NCBI GenBank assembly: GCA_963714095.1
Contig: OY970230.1
Location: 388,740-452,739, forward strand
Direction: 5' to 3'
DNA: 64,000 bases
Source of the DNA: Candidatus Gottesmanbacteria bacterium
Lineage (GTDB): Bacteria > Patescibacteriota > Microgenomatia > UBA10105 > UBA927
Within the stretch, counting starts at the first letter, position 1. Each line of letters begins with the position of its first letter. Under the pieces are notes generated by a model. It saw nothing but the letters and a program-made list of their open reading frames with translations, did not search any database and was not told the DNA's origin. Position numbers and translations under genes: made by a program. This document shows positions 39,704-50,636 of the stretch, in pieces.

Positions 39704-39902
39704 GAATAAGCTCCTTTTGTCGCATGAGTGTTGAGACACGTGCAATTTTCCTGCGCAGCGCCTTTCCCTCACGTACATTTTTAGACTGTTTAGTGTACCG
39801 GTTCATAGTAAGAATGGCAAGAGCGGTTTTGGCATCAACCAGCACTTTACCCAATTCTGCTGCGTTCATCGACTGTAATGACGTTCTTTCTTTCTTTTTC
39901 AT
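39696..39902 (-). CDS. rpmC: 50S ribosomal protein L29
   Basis: RRKIARVST; between rplP and rpsQ. Confidence 0.9.
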   Translation of the reverse strand: MKKKERTSLQSMNAAELGKVLVDAKTALAILTMNRYTKQSKNVREGKALRRKIARVSTLMRQKELIHE

Positions 39903-39903
39903 A

Positions 39904-40311
39904 CTATTCCTTTACGACGAATATTGTCCTGACCGGCAATTTGGCCGCGGCCAGCCGCAATGACTCGACAGCCTGCTCATGTGAAATCCCGGCCATTTCA
40001 AATAAAATCCGTCCGGGACGCACAACTGCAACATATTCAAATACATCCCCTTTTCCACTCCCCATACGGGTTTCGGGCGGTTTGTGCGTGACCGGCTTAT
40101 CCGGAAATATGCGTATCCAAATACGGCCGCCCCGTCTCGTTGAGTGAGTCAGTGCTCTGCGCGCGGCCTCTATCTGCCGGCTGGTTACCCATCCGTCGGT
40201 CACAGCCTTCAGGCCGTAGTCTCCGAAATCCACATGGGACCCGCGGATCGATACTCCTGTCCGTTTTCCTCTGAATGCTTTCCGATGTTTTGCCCGTCTT
40301 GGTGCTAACAT
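39904..40311 (-). CDS. rplP: 50S ribosomal protein L16
   Basis: [23 protein letters not shown]. Confidence 0.98.
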   Translation of the reverse strand: MLAPRRAKHRKAFRGKRTGVSIRGSHVDFGDYGLKAVTDGWVTSRQIEAARRALTHSTRRGGRIWIRIFPDKPVTHKPPETRMGSGKGDVFEYVAVVRPGRILFEMAGISHEQAVESLRLAAAKLPVRTIFVVKE

Positions 40312-40320
40312 AATTTTTCC

Positions 40321-41007
40321 TTACGCCGTTTTCCGGCAAATCCATACTTTCACGCCGATATATCCTGATTTCGTAAGCGCCGGAACGATAGCATAATCAA
40401 TATCCTCCCGGATCGTCGAAAGCGGTACCGTCCCCGACTGAAATTTTTCCCGGCGATGAATTTCGGCACCGTTAATTCGTCCGGACAGGAGTATCTTTAC
40501 TCCTTTGGCGCCGGACGTCATTGCGCGCTCGATTGCCATATTGCAGATGCGTTTATATGGCATACGTTTAATGAGCTGATCACAAATATTGACAGCTACC
40601 AAATATGCATTCAGATTCGGTTCTTTTACCGGTTCAACCGAGACTTCCACCTTAGAACGGTTAGCTCCCTGCGATACTTTTTGTTTACGTTCATACGGAT
40701 CCGGATGACCTAAATCCGTCAGAATAAATTTTTCAATGTATTTTTTAAGATCTTCCATGCCTGCACCTCCGCGGCCGATAACGACACCAGGACGCGATAC
40801 GTGCAAAGTGACTTTTACCTTATTAATGGACCGCTCGATTTCCACATTGGCTAACCCCGCCGGCTTAAGCCTCGCAAATAACATATTGCGCAGGGTGTTA
40901 TCCTGCAACAAAAGCTGTTTATAATGTCTTGAATCGGCAAACCACCGTGACCCCCACGTAAATGTGCTGCCTATTCTGAACCCTTTCGGATTAATTTTTT
41001 GTCCCAT
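40321..41007 (-). CDS. rpsC: 30S ribosomal protein S3
   Basis: MGQKINPKGFRIG, RPGVVIGRGG, SGRINGAEI, GVKVWI. Confidence 0.98.
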   Translation of the reverse strand: MGQKINPKGFRIGSTFTWGSRWFADSRHYKQLLLQDNTLRNMLFARLKPAGLANVEIERSINKVKVTLHVSRPGVVIGRGGAGMEDLKKYIEKFILTDLGHPDPYERKQKVSQGANRSKVEVSVEPVKEPNLNAYLVAVNICDQLIKRMPYKRICNMAIERAMTSGAKGVKILLSGRINGAEIHRREKFQSGTVPLSTIREDIDYAIVPALTKSGYIGVKVWICRKTA

Positions 41008-41015
41008 ATTTTTAA

Positions 41016-41402
41016 TTATTTAACGTTTTTCTTCTCTAATTTTTTAACAGTTTCATTTTTATTCTTAGTTATTTCCGTTTCCGTAAGAATAATTCGTATA
41101 TGTGTCATCCTCTTCTTAAACGGGTGTGCCTGTCCGCGTGACACGGCGTGCCATCGTTTCATCGCCGGCCCACCCATAATTTCAATCGTTTTAAAACGAA
41201 GCACATCCTCGGCTACATCCTTTTGTTTTGCGTTTGCTATCGCCGAGGCAATGGTTTTCCATAACGGCTTTGCTGCACTTTTTTGCATTTGTGACAATGC
41301 TGCCAGCGCTGCAACTGGTGTAAGCTTTCGCACCGAGTCCGCGACCAATCGCACTTTGCGGGTCGAAACTCTGACATATTTTGTTGTTGCTTCGTATTCC
41401 AT
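41016..41402 (-). CDS. rplV: 50S ribosomal protein L22
   Basis: RKVRLVAD, SAIANA, GP.MKR. Confidence 0.96.
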   Translation of the reverse strand: MEYEATTKYVRVSTRKVRLVADSVRKLTPVAALAALSQMQKSAAKPLWKTIASAIANAKQKDVAEDVLRFKTIEIMGGPAMKRWHAVSRGQAHPFKKRMTHIRIILTETEITKNKNETVKKLEKKNVK

Positions 41403-41406
41403 ATTT

Positions 41407-41691
41407 TTATGTTTTATCCATTGTTCTCTTCGTTACCTGTCCATGACCTCTGAATGTCCGGGTCGGGGCGAATTCGCCGAACCGGTGCCCTACCATTCCT
41501 TCAGTCACAAATACTTCTATATGTACCCTCCCGTTATGTACACCGAACCGGTGCCCCACAAATTCCGGCGCAATCTGACTAGCGCGTGACCATGTTTTAA
41601 TGGGCGACCTGTCACCGCTCCCCTTCTGTTTATTAATTTTTGCCAAGAGTCTCCGGTCTATATATGGTCCTTTTTTACTGCTTCGTGCCAT
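41407..41691 (-). CDS. rpsS: 30S ribosomal protein S19
   Basis: RSSKKGP, KTWSR, VHNG, GEFAPTR. Confidence 0.98.
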   Translation of the reverse strand: MARSSKKGPYIDRRLLAKINKQKGSGDRSPIKTWSRASQIAPEFVGHRFGVHNGRVHIEVFVTEGMVGHRFGEFAPTRTFRGHGQVTKRTMDKT

Positions 41692-41693
41692 AA

Positions 41694-42449
41694 TTACTTT
41701 CTCCTCAATAAAATAAATCTATTACTGTATTTTTTCTTTGACCTTGTTTTCTTACCAAGTGTATGCTTCCCCCACGGACTCTTGGGACTGCTCATACCGA
41801 TCCCTGATCGTCCTTCACCGCCGCCGTGCGGATGACTTCTCGGATCCTGGGCAACGCCACGGACGGTAGGCCGTATTCCCATATGCCGACTACGACCTGC
41901 TTTTCCTATAACTTCGTTTCTATGGTCTACATTGCCGATCTGCCCGACCGTTGCCCGGCACGTTGCAGAAAATACTCTGGTTTCCCCGGACGGAAGCTTC
42001 AATTGTACCGCATTTCCGTCTTTCGCCAAAACGACAGCGGCACCTCCCGCGCTGCGGATCATTTGTGCACCGTGTCCCGGTTTGATTTCGATGTTATGAA
42101 TAAGGGTTCCAACCGGAATAGCAGCGAGCGTCAATGAATTTCCCGGTTTAATATCTGCTGTGTCACTTGCTACCACTGTGGCGCCCACTTCCAGTCCTAG
42201 CGGCGCTACAATGTAGCGCTTCTCACCGTCAGTATAATTTAAAAGAGCAATCTGGCTCGTGCGGTTCGGATCATATTCAATCGCGACGACTTTTGCTTTC
42301 ACATCGAGTTTATCCCGTTTCCAGTCAATAATACGGTAATACCTCTTATGACGACCCCCTATGTGCCGCATGGACACATGACCGAACACGTCACGTCCGG
42401 AATTCTTCGGCAAAATAATCGTCAGACTTTTTGGTGTTGAAAATTCCAT
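41694..42449 (-). CDS. rplB: 50S ribosomal protein L2 (N-terminally shortened)
   Basis: [25 protein letters not shown]. Confidence 0.98.
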   Translation of the reverse strand: MEFSTPKSLTIILPKNSGRDVFGHVSMRHIGGRHKRYYRIIDWKRDKLDVKAKVVAIEYDPNRTSQIALLNYTDGEKRYIVAPLGLEVGATVVASDTADIKPGNSLTLAAIPVGTLIHNIEIKPGHGAQMIRSAGGAAVVLAKDGNAVQLKLPSGETRVFSATCRATVGQIGNVDHRNEVIGKAGRSRHMGIRPTVRGVAQDPRSHPHGGGEGRSGIGMSSPKSPWGKHTLGKKTRSKKKYSNRFILLRRK

Positions 42450-42451
42450 AT

Positions 42452-42802
42452 TTATTTCTTCTTCTCAGCAGATTTTATATCTTCAACTTTCTTTTTTTCT
42501 TCAACCGGTGTTTCCTGCTGTGTCACTTCAAATGCATCTATGTGTTGTCCCGATTTAAGAAGCAATATTGCTTTTTTCCAATCTTCTTTATGCTTTGTTA
42601 TCATTTTTTTACCGGTCCGGCGTACTTTCCCATGCATGGCAATAGTCCGCACGCTCAACACATTCACGCTGTACATGCGCTCGATAAGTTTCACTATTTC
42701 CTCTTTGCGGGCATGCTTATCAACGGCGAACGTATACCAACCGCGTGATGCAAGCCCCAATGATTTTTCAGAAATTAATGGTCGAAATACAAGTGGTTGC
42801 AT
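42452..42802 (-). CDS. rplW: 50S ribosomal protein L23
   Basis: PLISEKS, YTFAV, WKKAI. Confidence 0.96.
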   Translation of the reverse strand: MQPLVFRPLISEKSLGLASRGWYTFAVDKHARKEEIVKLIERMYSVNVLSVRTIAMHGKVRRTGKKMITKHKEDWKKAILLLKSGQHIDAFEVTQQETPVEEKKKVEDIKSAEKKK

Positions 42803-42803
42803 A

Positions 42804-43529
42804 TTATTTTCTTAACTCCCCGATAGCTTCTTTCATGAATACGACTTTTCCGTGCATCAAAACGCTATAGGTATTTACTTCCGAAACAGGTAGTATATCC
42901 ACGCCTTCGATGTTGCGGCCTGCCCGCACCAAGACTGCTGATTCTTTCGGGGTTATGAGCAGTGTTCTGCGTGTTGCTCCAACGGCAGTCAATGCGCCGG
43001 CCACTACTTTTGTTTTCGCAACAGCTGACAAACCGGAAACGACGATGATATTTTTATTACTGAGTTGCTGGGTCAGTGCACTGGCCAGTGCGACATGTTT
43101 CATTTTCCGAGGAAACGCCAGGGAGTAATCGCGTGGTTTTGGACCAAATACGATGCCTCCGCCGACAAAAATAGGAGCGCGGATCCCACCATGCCGTGCT
43201 TTTCCCGTCCCTTTCTGTTTATAGATTTTTCGTGTTGATCCTTCTACTTCACCGCGAGTTTTGGTACTGGCATGTCCCACACGCTGGTTGGCAAGATAAA
43301 CCCGAACCGCCTGCGCCATGAGCTGCTTGTTAATTTTCGCTGCAAATAAATCCGCCGGAAGTGTCATAGATCCCGCTGCTTTCCCGTCCAAACCAACCAC
43401 AGAAATCCGGACTCCTTTTGTAGAATCCAGCTCTTCTTTAACGGCAGTCTTCGTTGATTCCACAACTTTTTTTGCTTTTATCACCTTCACTGCCTTCACT
43501 TTTTTTACTGGTTTTTTTTTGACTGCCAT
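42804..43529 (-). CDS. rplD: 50S ribosomal protein L4 with Lys-rich N-terminal extension
   Basis: TKTRGEV, QKGTGKARHG, GGG.VFGPKPRDY. Confidence 0.97.
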   Translation of the reverse strand: MAVKKKPVKKVKAVKVIKAKKVVESTKTAVKEELDSTKGVRISVVGLDGKAAGSMTLPADLFAAKINKQLMAQAVRVYLANQRVGHASTKTRGEVEGSTRKIYKQKGTGKARHGGIRAPIFVGGGIVFGPKPRDYSLAFPRKMKHVALASALTQQLSNKNIIVVSGLSAVAKTKVVAGALTAVGATRRTLLITPKESAVLVRAGRNIEGVDILPVSEVNTYSVLMHGKVVFMKEAIGELRK

Positions 43530-43531
43530 AG

Positions 43532-44149
43532 TTATGCTTTCTGAATAACAAGGAGGCTGTTTTTCGCCCCGGGAACCAATCCTTTTACGGTTAATATATT
43601 TTTTTCTGCATTAACGCTGACAACTTTGAGTCCTTTCACAGTTACCTGATCGCTGCCCATCCGTCCTGCCATGCGTTTACCCTTAAACACGCGTCCCGGA
43701 GTTGTAGTCATGCCAATAGAACCCGGGGCCCGTTCGCGGTCTGACTGACCGTGAGTTTTGGGTCCGCCTTGAAAATGATGCCTTTTCACCCCACCGGCAA
43801 ATCCTTTACCTTTGGAGATTCCCATGACAGTGATAGCATCACCAACAGCAAATACATCACTTACATTAACTTGTACCCCCGGTTTTTCTGTTTCTGCAAC
43901 CTCGGAAACCACGAAACTTCGCAAAAAACGGAGCTTTTTGTCGAGCCCCGCTTTTTTTATGTGTCCGATTTCGGCTTTAGATAAATTTTTTGTTTCACTG
44001 AATCCGAGCTGGATACTTTTATACGTCGGCGTTTGTTCGATATGAGTAATCCAGCACGGGCCAGCCTCAATTTCCGTGACCGGCAACCGCTTGCCCTCAG
44101 CGGTAAAGGTCTGTGTCGGTCCTATTTTTCTTCCCAATAATGCCTGCAT
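43532..44149 (-). CDS. rplC: 50S ribosomal protein L3
   Basis: SKGKGFAG, THG, PGSIG, PGRVFKGKRMAG. Confidence 0.97.
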   Translation of the reverse strand: MQALLGRKIGPTQTFTAEGKRLPVTEIEAGPCWITHIEQTPTYKSIQLGFSETKNLSKAEIGHIKKAGLDKKLRFLRSFVVSEVAETEKPGVQVNVSDVFAVGDAITVMGISKGKGFAGGVKRHHFQGGPKTHGQSDRERAPGSIGMTTTPGRVFKGKRMAGRMGSDQVTVKGLKVVSVNAEKNILTVKGLVPGAKNSLLVIQKA

Positions 44150-44284
44150 AGTTTTTAGCCAAAAAAAATGACCTCGGTTGAGGTCGTTTAGACTCATCCG
44201 AGACTTTTGGTATAGTTCAGAAATGAAAGGTTTTTCCCTCCATATCGGTCTAAATAGTATACCAGAGTATCTACGAGAACACAA
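44150..44284 (-). promoter_or_regulatory. Internal promoter and terminator-containing leader upstream of rplC
   Basis: TTGTGT-17-TATACT with extended TG (44284-44256); hairpin ATGGAGGG/CCTTTCAT; GACCTC-aacc-GAGGTC followed by A and T8. Confidence 0.6.
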
Positions 44285-44285
44285 T

Positions 44286-44594
44286 TTACATTTTAATTTC
44301 TACATCCACGCCGGCCGGCAAGTCCAAATGCATAAGCTGATCAATCGTTTTGTCGGTCGGTTCAAGAATATCAACCAGGCGCTTATGCGTCTTGATCATA
44401 AAATCCTCGCGGCTATTGCGATCAATGAAAGGACTCCTCGCGACATTAAAGTGCTCCCTGTCGGTTGGCAGTGGGATTGGTCCCACGACACGAGCGCCGG
44501 TGCGAACGGCTGTGTCTAAAATCTTCTGGCAGCAGTCATCAATAATCCTGCTGTCATAGGCTTTTAGCCTAACTCGTATTCGTCCTTTCGGCAT
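44286..44594 (-). CDS. rpsJ: 30S ribosomal protein S10
   Basis: [34 protein letters not shown]. Confidence 0.98.
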   Translation of the reverse strand: MPKGRIRVRLKAYDSRIIDDCCQKILDTAVRTGARVVGPIPLPTDREHFNVARSPFIDRNSREDFMIKTHKRLVDILEPTDKTIDQLMHLDLPAGVDVEIKM

Positions 44595-44618
44595 ATTATC
44601 TCTTAAAGAGCCTGAATT

Positions 44619-45806
44619 TTACGCGATGATCTTCGTTACTGCTCCCGCTCCTACCGTGTGTCCGCCCTCGCGGATAGCAAACCGTTGTCCCTCTTCAAGG
44701 GCAACCGGCACGATGAGCTTTGCGACCATCTTTGTATTGTCTCCCGGCATCACCATTTCCACACCATCCGGCAATTTAATTTCACCGGTGATATCCGTAG
44801 TCTTAATATAAAATTGCGGCCGGTATCCGGTAAAGAACGGTGTATGACGCCCACCCTCTTCTTTTGCAAGCACATAAATCTGTGCCTCAAACTCCGTATG
44901 CGGCTTGACTGATCCCGGTTTTGCAAGCACTTGGCCCCGCTCAACCTGATCTTTTTCTATACCACGGAGAAGTATTCCGACGTTATCGCCGGCCTGTCCT
45001 TCATCCAGGAGTTTCCGAAACATTTCAACTCCTGTAACGACGCTTGTTTGAGTGGGCCGAATACCCACAATTTCAACCGTGTCGTTAACCTTCACGCGGC
45101 CACGTTCGATGCGACCCGTAACAACCGTTCCGCGACCTTTAATCGAGAAAATATCCTCGATCGGCATAAGGAACGGCTTCTCAAGATCCCGGACCGGTGT
45201 GGGTATGTATTCATCAATCGTGTCCATGAGTTTCATGATCTGCTTCTCAGCCTCCGGATCACCCTGAAGTGCTTTCAAAGCGCTCCCTCTGATAACCGGG
45301 ATTTTGTCGCCGGGAAATCCGTTTTTCGTCAGAAGTTCACGGACTTCCATCTCGACCAGATCCAGAAGTTCCGCGTCCTGCACCATGTCGCATTTATTCA
45401 TGAATACGACGATTGCCGGCACGTTTACCTGTTTTGCAAGCAAAATGTGCTCGCGGGTTTGCGGCATCGGACCGTCCGGAGCTGATACCACCAAAATGGC
45501 GCCATCCATTTGTGCGGCGCCGGTGATCATATTTTTCACGTAGTCAGCATGACCGGGAGCATCAATGTGCGCATAGTGTCGTTTCTTCGTCTCGTATTCC
45601 GAGTGATGAATGTTGATGGTGACACCCCGGGCTTTTTCCTCCGGAGCGCTGTCAATTTCTTCGTATTTGAGAGCTTTGGCGAGTCCCTGTTTGGCCAATA
45701 CGTGCGTAATGGCGCTGGTTAACGTGGTCTTTCCATGGTCAACGTGACCAATGGTCCCGATATTTAAATGCGGTTTTGTGCGTTCATATTTTTTCTGGTC
45801 TGCCAT
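44619..45806 (-). CDS. tuf: Elongation factor Tu
   Basis: [34 protein letters not shown]. Confidence 0.99.
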   Translation of the reverse strand: MADQKKYERTKPHLNIGTIGHVDHGKTTLTSAITHVLAKQGLAKALKYEEIDSAPEEKARGVTINIHHSEYETKKRHYAHIDAPGHADYVKNMITGAAQMDGAILVVSAPDGPMPQTREHILLAKQVNVPAIVVFMNKCDMVQDAELLDLVEMEVRELLTKNGFPGDKIPVIRGSALKALQGDPEAEKQIMKLMDTIDEYIPTPVRDLEKPFLMPIEDIFSIKGRGTVVTGRIERGRVKVNDTVEIVGIRPTQTSVVTGVEMFRKLLDEGQAGDNVGILLRGIEKDQVERGQVLAKPGSVKPHTEFEAQIYVLAKEEGGRHTPFFTGYRPQFYIKTTDITGEIKLPDGVEMVMPGDNTKMVAKLIVPVALEEGQRFAIREGGHTVGAGAVTKIIA

Positions 45807-45812
45807 AGATCC

Positions 45813-45892
45813 TCCTTACGACAATAAATTAATACAGCTAATTGCTTAGCTTTGTAGTTGGTATTGTACCACAGGCTGGGTAAGCTTGACAA
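45813..45892 (-). promoter_or_regulatory. tuf promoter and strong Shine-Dalgarno
   Basis: TTGTCA-18-TACAAT with extended TG (45892-45863); AAGGAGG just upstream of the ATG. Confidence 0.65.
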
Positions 45893-45896
45893 TAGC

Positions 45897-48029
45897 TTAT
45901 CTATTTACTTCCCCCGGAGAGCGGGCGCGGCCGGATGTTTCGATGATTTTTTCCTGGATATTTCGGGGCACTTCTTCGTAGTGGGACGGCTCCATGTAAT
46001 ACGTGGCGCGGCCTTTGGACATACTGCGCAGTGTTGTTGCGTAGCCGGAAAGCTCCGCGAGAGGCACCATAGCCAAAATAACCGTTACAAAGCCCCGTTT
46101 TGTGGTTCCGAGAATTTGGGAACGTTTGGCGCCGAGGTCTCCGATCACATCTCCCATAAATTCGTCGGGAGTCGTCACCTCAACCTTCATGATCGGCTCT
46201 AAGATAGTGGCCTGCGCTTGCTTAACTGCATTTTGCAACGCCATGGAACCTGCGATTTTGAATGCCATTTCATTTGAGTCAACTTCATGATAGGTTCCGT
46301 CATAGAGGTTTACCTGCATGTCAACCAAGGGATACCCTGCAATGACGCCGTTTTCCATAGCTTCGTGAATACCCTTTTCAATAGGTGCAATAAATTCTTT
46401 CGGAATTGCTCCGCCTTTAATATCATTCACGAATTCATACCCTTCGCCGCGACCCTTGGGCTCAATGGTAATAAAACAGTGCCCGTATTGTCCGCGGCCA
46501 CCTGATTGACGGATATATTTCCCCTCTCCCTCGGCTTTAACTTTGATCGTCTCTTTGTACGCAACCTGCGGCGCCCCAACATTACACTCCACTTTGAACT
46601 CGCGCTTCATACGGTCAACCAAAATCTCAAGATGGAGCTCTCCCATACCCCAGATAATGGTCTGATTGGTTTCGAGATTGCTTTTAATTTTAAACGTCGG
46701 GTCTTCCTCAGAGAGCCGCTGAAGCGCATAGCCCATTTTTTCCTGGTCATTTTTCGTCTTGGGCTCGATGGCAAGCGAAATGACCGGTTCAGGGAACGTA
46801 ATTTTCTCAAGAATAATCGGGCTGTCTTTGTCACAAATCGTATCGCCGGTAATGGTATCTTTAAATCCCACGACTGCAACGATTTCTCCGGCATAGGCTT
46901 CTTTGATTTCCTCACGCTGGTTTGCATGCATCAGAAGCAGCCGCCCAACGCGCTCGGCAACACCTTTGGTTGAATTATATGCGTAGGAGCCGGACTGCAG
47001 GCGCCCGGAATAAATACGCACATAGGTAAGCTTTCCCACATGCGGATCAATCTGGATTTTGAATGCCAGGCCGCAGAATTTTTCTTCCTTCGTGCGTTTA
47101 CGCGTAATCTTTGCTTCTGTTTTCGGATCCGTACCGGCGACTGCAGGAAGATCAAGAGGGCTTGGTAAATAATCCACAACCGCATCAAGAAGCGGCTGGA
47201 CACCTTTATTCCGGAGGCTTGATCCCGCATAAATCGGAACGAGCTTATACCCGATGACGGCGCGCCGGAGTGCTGCTTTGAGCTCGTCAACACTTGGTAC
47301 TTCACCGTTCAAAAATTTTTCAAGCAACGCATCGTCGGTTTCACTGATCCGTTCGATAAGATCTGCACGCGACTTCTCGACGTCGTCTTTGAGTTCTGCC
47401 GGAACTTCAACTTCATCGGGGTGTGCTCCCAAATCGTCAGTTTTCCAGACATACGCTTTACGTGTTAAAAGTTCTACGATTCCTTTAAACGTATTTTCCC
47501 TACCAATCGGCACAACCATAACGGCACACCGGGCGCCCAACCGCTCTTCAATGGATTTAATTGTGGCGCGAAAATCCGCTCCCAATTTGTCCATTTTATT
47601 GATAAAACAAAGTCGCGGTACGGCGTATTTGTCTGCCTGATGCCACACAGTCTCCGACTGTGACTGCACGCCCTCTTCTGCGTCCAGTACGGTAATTCCT
47701 CCGTCGAGTACACGAAGCGACCGTTCGACTTCTGCAGTGAAATCAACATGTCCGGGGGTATCAATGATATTAAAGCGGAATCCTTTCCAAAAAGTGGTCG
47801 TAGCTGCGGAAACGATCGTAATGCCGCGTTCGCGCTCCTGTTCCATCCAGTCCATTTGCGTGGTGCCTTCATCGATATCGCCGATTTTGTAGCTGCGGCC
47901 GGTGTAATAGAGGATGCGCTCTGTGGTGGTAGTTTTGCCCGCGTCAATGTGCGCGATAATCCCGATGTTCCGGACTTTATCAAGCGGTACATCTCTCTGT
48001 TCTGTCGTAATAGTAGTAGGAGCTGCCAT
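45897..48029 (-). CDS. fusA: Elongation factor G
   Basis: [43 protein letters not shown]. Confidence 0.99.
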   Translation of the reverse strand: MAAPTTITTEQRDVPLDKVRNIGIIAHIDAGKTTTTERILYYTGRSYKIGDIDEGTTQMDWMEQERERGITIVSAATTTFWKGFRFNIIDTPGHVDFTAEVERSLRVLDGGITVLDAEEGVQSQSETVWHQADKYAVPRLCFINKMDKLGADFRATIKSIEERLGARCAVMVVPIGRENTFKGIVELLTRKAYVWKTDDLGAHPDEVEVPAELKDDVEKSRADLIERISETDDALLEKFLNGEVPSVDELKAALRRAVIGYKLVPIYAGSSLRNKGVQPLLDAVVDYLPSPLDLPAVAGTDPKTEAKITRKRTKEEKFCGLAFKIQIDPHVGKLTYVRIYSGRLQSGSYAYNSTKGVAERVGRLLLMHANQREEIKEAYAGEIVAVVGFKDTITGDTICDKDSPIILEKITFPEPVISLAIEPKTKNDQEKMGYALQRLSEEDPTFKIKSNLETNQTIIWGMGELHLEILVDRMKREFKVECNVGAPQVAYKETIKVKAEGEGKYIRQSGGRGQYGHCFITIEPKGRGEGYEFVNDIKGGAIPKEFIAPIEKGIHEAMENGVIAGYPLVDMQVNLYDGTYHEVDSNEMAFKIAGSMALQNAVKQAQATILEPIMKVEVTTPDEFMGDVIGDLGAKRSQILGTTKRGFVTVILAMVPLAELSGYATTLRSMSKGRATYYMEPSHYEEVPRNIQEKIIETSGRARSPGEVNR

Positions 48030-48116
48030 AGTGTGAAATCAAAAAAAACTGTTCCGCCTGTGGAACAGCCGTGTTTCATACGAGGATATTGTACTAAAAA
48101 ATCCCTCGGGTGTCTA
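48030..48116 (-). promoter_or_regulatory. fusA promoter with uORF, terminator hairpin and U8 run in the leader
   Basis: TAGACA-17-TACAAT (48116-48088); ATG at 48079; CTGTTCC-acaggc-GGAACAG-T8 (48068-48041). Confidence 0.6.
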
Positions 48117-48791
48117 CTGATGTCCCAATGCCTGACTGAGAATAGCATTGGCTTGAATAACGGGTTGAAGAATACTTTCCCTTTGTTCTTGATTCGGTAC
48201 TTTCACACCTTCCCGTAACTTTTGCTGTAAATTCTGAAAGATAGATTTTGTTCTATCAACAAAAACGGTGAACAAATCATGGTTCTTCCATAAAACATCC
48301 GCCGAAAAATTCCTCATGGCTAAATAATAATGCAGATAATGGCTACCCATATCCCCATATAATCGATCGGCATATATAAATCTGAATGGGTTCCCTGACT
48401 CATTGCTGTATAGGTCATACGTGCGCATCTTAAATTCTTCCATTTTGTTGGGCCCTGTATGTGCTGAAGCAACGAATAACAACTTCGGACGTTCACTATC
48501 CCCCATCCCCAGGAAAATATGTTCTTGAGAATCTTCAGGTCTAAAATTTGTGATATCAATGAGGTCTTGGTGTTCCGGGAGATAATAATATTGGCTAATC
48601 AATCGTGCTATCGCGGGAGTTTCATATATTTTCTGGCTATATCCACCATATAGCATAACAGCTTCTTTATATTTTTCTGGAACCTGAATATTCAAAATCT
48701 CATGAAGCGGTTTCTCTCCATAACCGCTAACTGCAAGCATTGCCTGCGCTGCTCCTACGATATCTGATGGATTTTCGTGAATACTGGACAT
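48114..48791 (-). CDS. Hypothetical (orphan) protein
   Basis: About 225 aa soluble AT-rich ORF; start uncertain (48791 or 48842). Confidence 0.7.
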   Translation of the reverse strand: MSSIHENPSDIVGAAQAMLAVSGYGEKPLHEILNIQVPEKYKEAVMLYGGYSQKIYETPAIARLISQYYYLPEHQDLIDITNFRPEDSQEHIFLGMGDSERPKLLFVASAHTGPNKMEEFKMRTYDLYSNESGNPFRFIYADRLYGDMGSHYLHYYLAMRNFSADVLWKNHDLFTVFVDRTKSIFQNLQQKLREGVKVPNQEQRESILQPVIQANAILSQALGHQ

Positions 48792-48845
48792 ACAAATTTC
48801 GGCAAGACGCAGTATTATAACAATCAATTCTTGGATTTGCAAAAA

Positions 48846-49298
48846 TTAGCTTATTGTGACGCTCTTTGTTGCATGATACAGAAACAAAAAGCCATATGAT
48901 AGAGCCACGACGAAACCAACAGCCGTAAGCGGGCCCCATAAATAACCAAGGTGATGGAAGCCGAGGAGAAAGAGTAAATTCAGCGAGGAATTGGCGATCG
49001 GCCAGAAGATGACGATTGCGGTTAGGATAATCCGTTCGATAACGGCTTTATCATGAAATTTCCAGTGCCGCATAACGAATGCCGTTGCCTCCCGAAAAAG
49101 TAAAACAATCAGGTATATCCCGATTATTTCTGCCGGAATGCAGAGAAAATACAGAAGCGGATAGGTTTCCACCCACGGCGCAATCACCAAATTTGCTTCC
49201 CTTCCCCCCATCCACTTAATCGCCCAATAGGAAACGACATTATCGAAAACGAAGTAAAAACTAAGTAGGATCCACGAAACTTTTTTGGAAAGAAACAT
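48846..49298 (-). CDS. Small multi-TM membrane protein (DUF5658-like)
   Basis: FD..SY......GREAN motif, about 4 TM helices. Confidence 0.7.
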   Translation of the reverse strand: MFLSKKVSWILLSFYFVFDNVVSYWAIKWMGGREANLVIAPWVETYPLLYFLCIPAEIIGIYLIVLLFREATAFVMRHWKFHDKAVIERIILTAIVIFWPIANSSLNLLFLLGFHHLGYLWGPLTAVGFVVALSYGFLFLYHATKSVTIS

Positions 49299-49324
49299 AG
49301 TATTTATTGTACATCCCGAGATTC

Positions 49325-49564
49325 TTAGTCGCTCAAACGGACTTCATGTGTTTCACCTGTTAACTCATCATCTGGGGGAAAAACAGTGACGGTAACTTTT
49401 TCGTGGCGTTGTAATCTCTCCACTACCCGTCCCAATAATGAAGCCACATCAAAAAATCTCGGATGGGAAACCCGTGCGTCCGGTGGCAACATACCACCGC
49501 CATCGTGTTGCTCTACCAATACTCCGGTAACTCGTTTTTGTGCCGGACGATCTTCTGCATTCAT
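49325..49564 (-). CDS. Hypothetical protein, 79 aa
   Basis: ORF preceded by TATAAT 6 nt before the ATG, as in other genes here. Confidence 0.6.
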   Translation of the reverse strand: MNAEDRPAQKRVTGVLVEQHDGGGMLPPDARVSHPRFFDVASLLGRVVERLQRHEKVTVTVFPPDDELTGETHEVRLSD

Positions 49565-49635
49565 TGCGTTATTATAGCCATCCAGGCGCTTTTGTCGAGA
49601 GGAAAACGTGTGTCTACCGATTATATTTGTTTAGG

Positions 49636-50610
49636 TTAATTTGCAAAATCCTGGGTAATCATGAGTCCCCACGTATCGGTCGAGATAATACCTATCCCAA
49701 CGCGATGGAAGGCGGGATCAAGAATATTTGCACGGTGACCGGGACTGTTCATGAGACCCTGGTGGGCCGTGGCAAGATCCGGCGCGTAAGCGATATTTTC
49801 CCCGGCAACCGTAAAGGCTATCCCTGCATTTTGGAGCCGGTCCCCCGGCGACTGTCCCTCCGGATTTATGTGGGAAAAATAGCGGCGCTCAAACATATCC
49901 TTGCTGTGAGCGCGGGCAACGGCAGTCATCGCATCATCAACTATCAGCTTTCCGACTCCGACTTTGGCCCGTTCCGCATTCACCAGGTCTAGCATTTTCT
50001 CTTCGTCAGCTGAATCCGTTTTTAACTCACTCTCCGTGGGATAGACGGGAAGGGAAATCCGCTCAGTGGAATCCGGCTCCACCGTAATAAACTTGACTAC
50101 CTGCTGGCCGGCATCACTGATCGTCGAATCAACGGGGCCGCCGTACTTCACGGCTTCGGTTGCCAAAAAATTTCCGATCACGGAATTCTGCACGTCTATC
50201 TTAATCGTGCCACGCAGCGGTAATGCTAAAATAACCAGAAGAAAAAACGTGACGATAACGATGCCGTTAAAAAGCGATACAACCAAACCCAACCATTTAT
50301 TGAGTTTTGAGGATATGACTCTCTTTGGGATGCGGACGAGAATCAGCAGCACCAATTCCGAAAGCAATGCCTGCGCTATAAAGGCAACGATGATGTATCC
50401 CAACACCTCCGTCCAGATTGCGGGTATGCCGAATTTCAGCGAGAGGAAGTCGCCAACCGGCCCATGAAATTTAATGGAAAGCCAGAGGGAAATAAGAAAC
50501 GTCACAAGGCTCAAACCCAAATCCGCGAACCCCGCGCTCCATCCCTGAAGCGCGTAATAGACGACAACAACAATGACAGTCCAGTCAATCCAGTTGAAGT
50601 TGTGAAGCAT
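49636..50610 (-). CDS. CvpA-family membrane domain fused to a CAP/SCP domain
   Basis: NWID...G...GF CvpA N-terminus; ARAHSKDM..R.YFSH, GENIA, MNSPGHRANIL, VGIG. Confidence 0.88.
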   Translation of the reverse strand: MLHNFNWIDWTVIVVVVYYALQGWSAGFADLGLSLVTFLISLWLSIKFHGPVGDFLSLKFGIPAIWTEVLGYIIVAFIAQALLSELVLLILVRIPKRVISSKLNKWLGLVVSLFNGIVIVTFFLLVILALPLRGTIKIDVQNSVIGNFLATEAVKYGGPVDSTISDAGQQVVKFITVEPDSTERISLPVYPTESELKTDSADEEKMLDLVNAERAKVGVGKLIVDDAMTAVARAHSKDMFERRYFSHINPEGQSPGDRLQNAGIAFTVAGENIAYAPDLATAHQGLMNSPGHRANILDPAFHRVGIGIISTDTWGLMITQDFAN

Positions 50611-50636
50611 AAAATATAGTATAGGTATTGTAGCAC

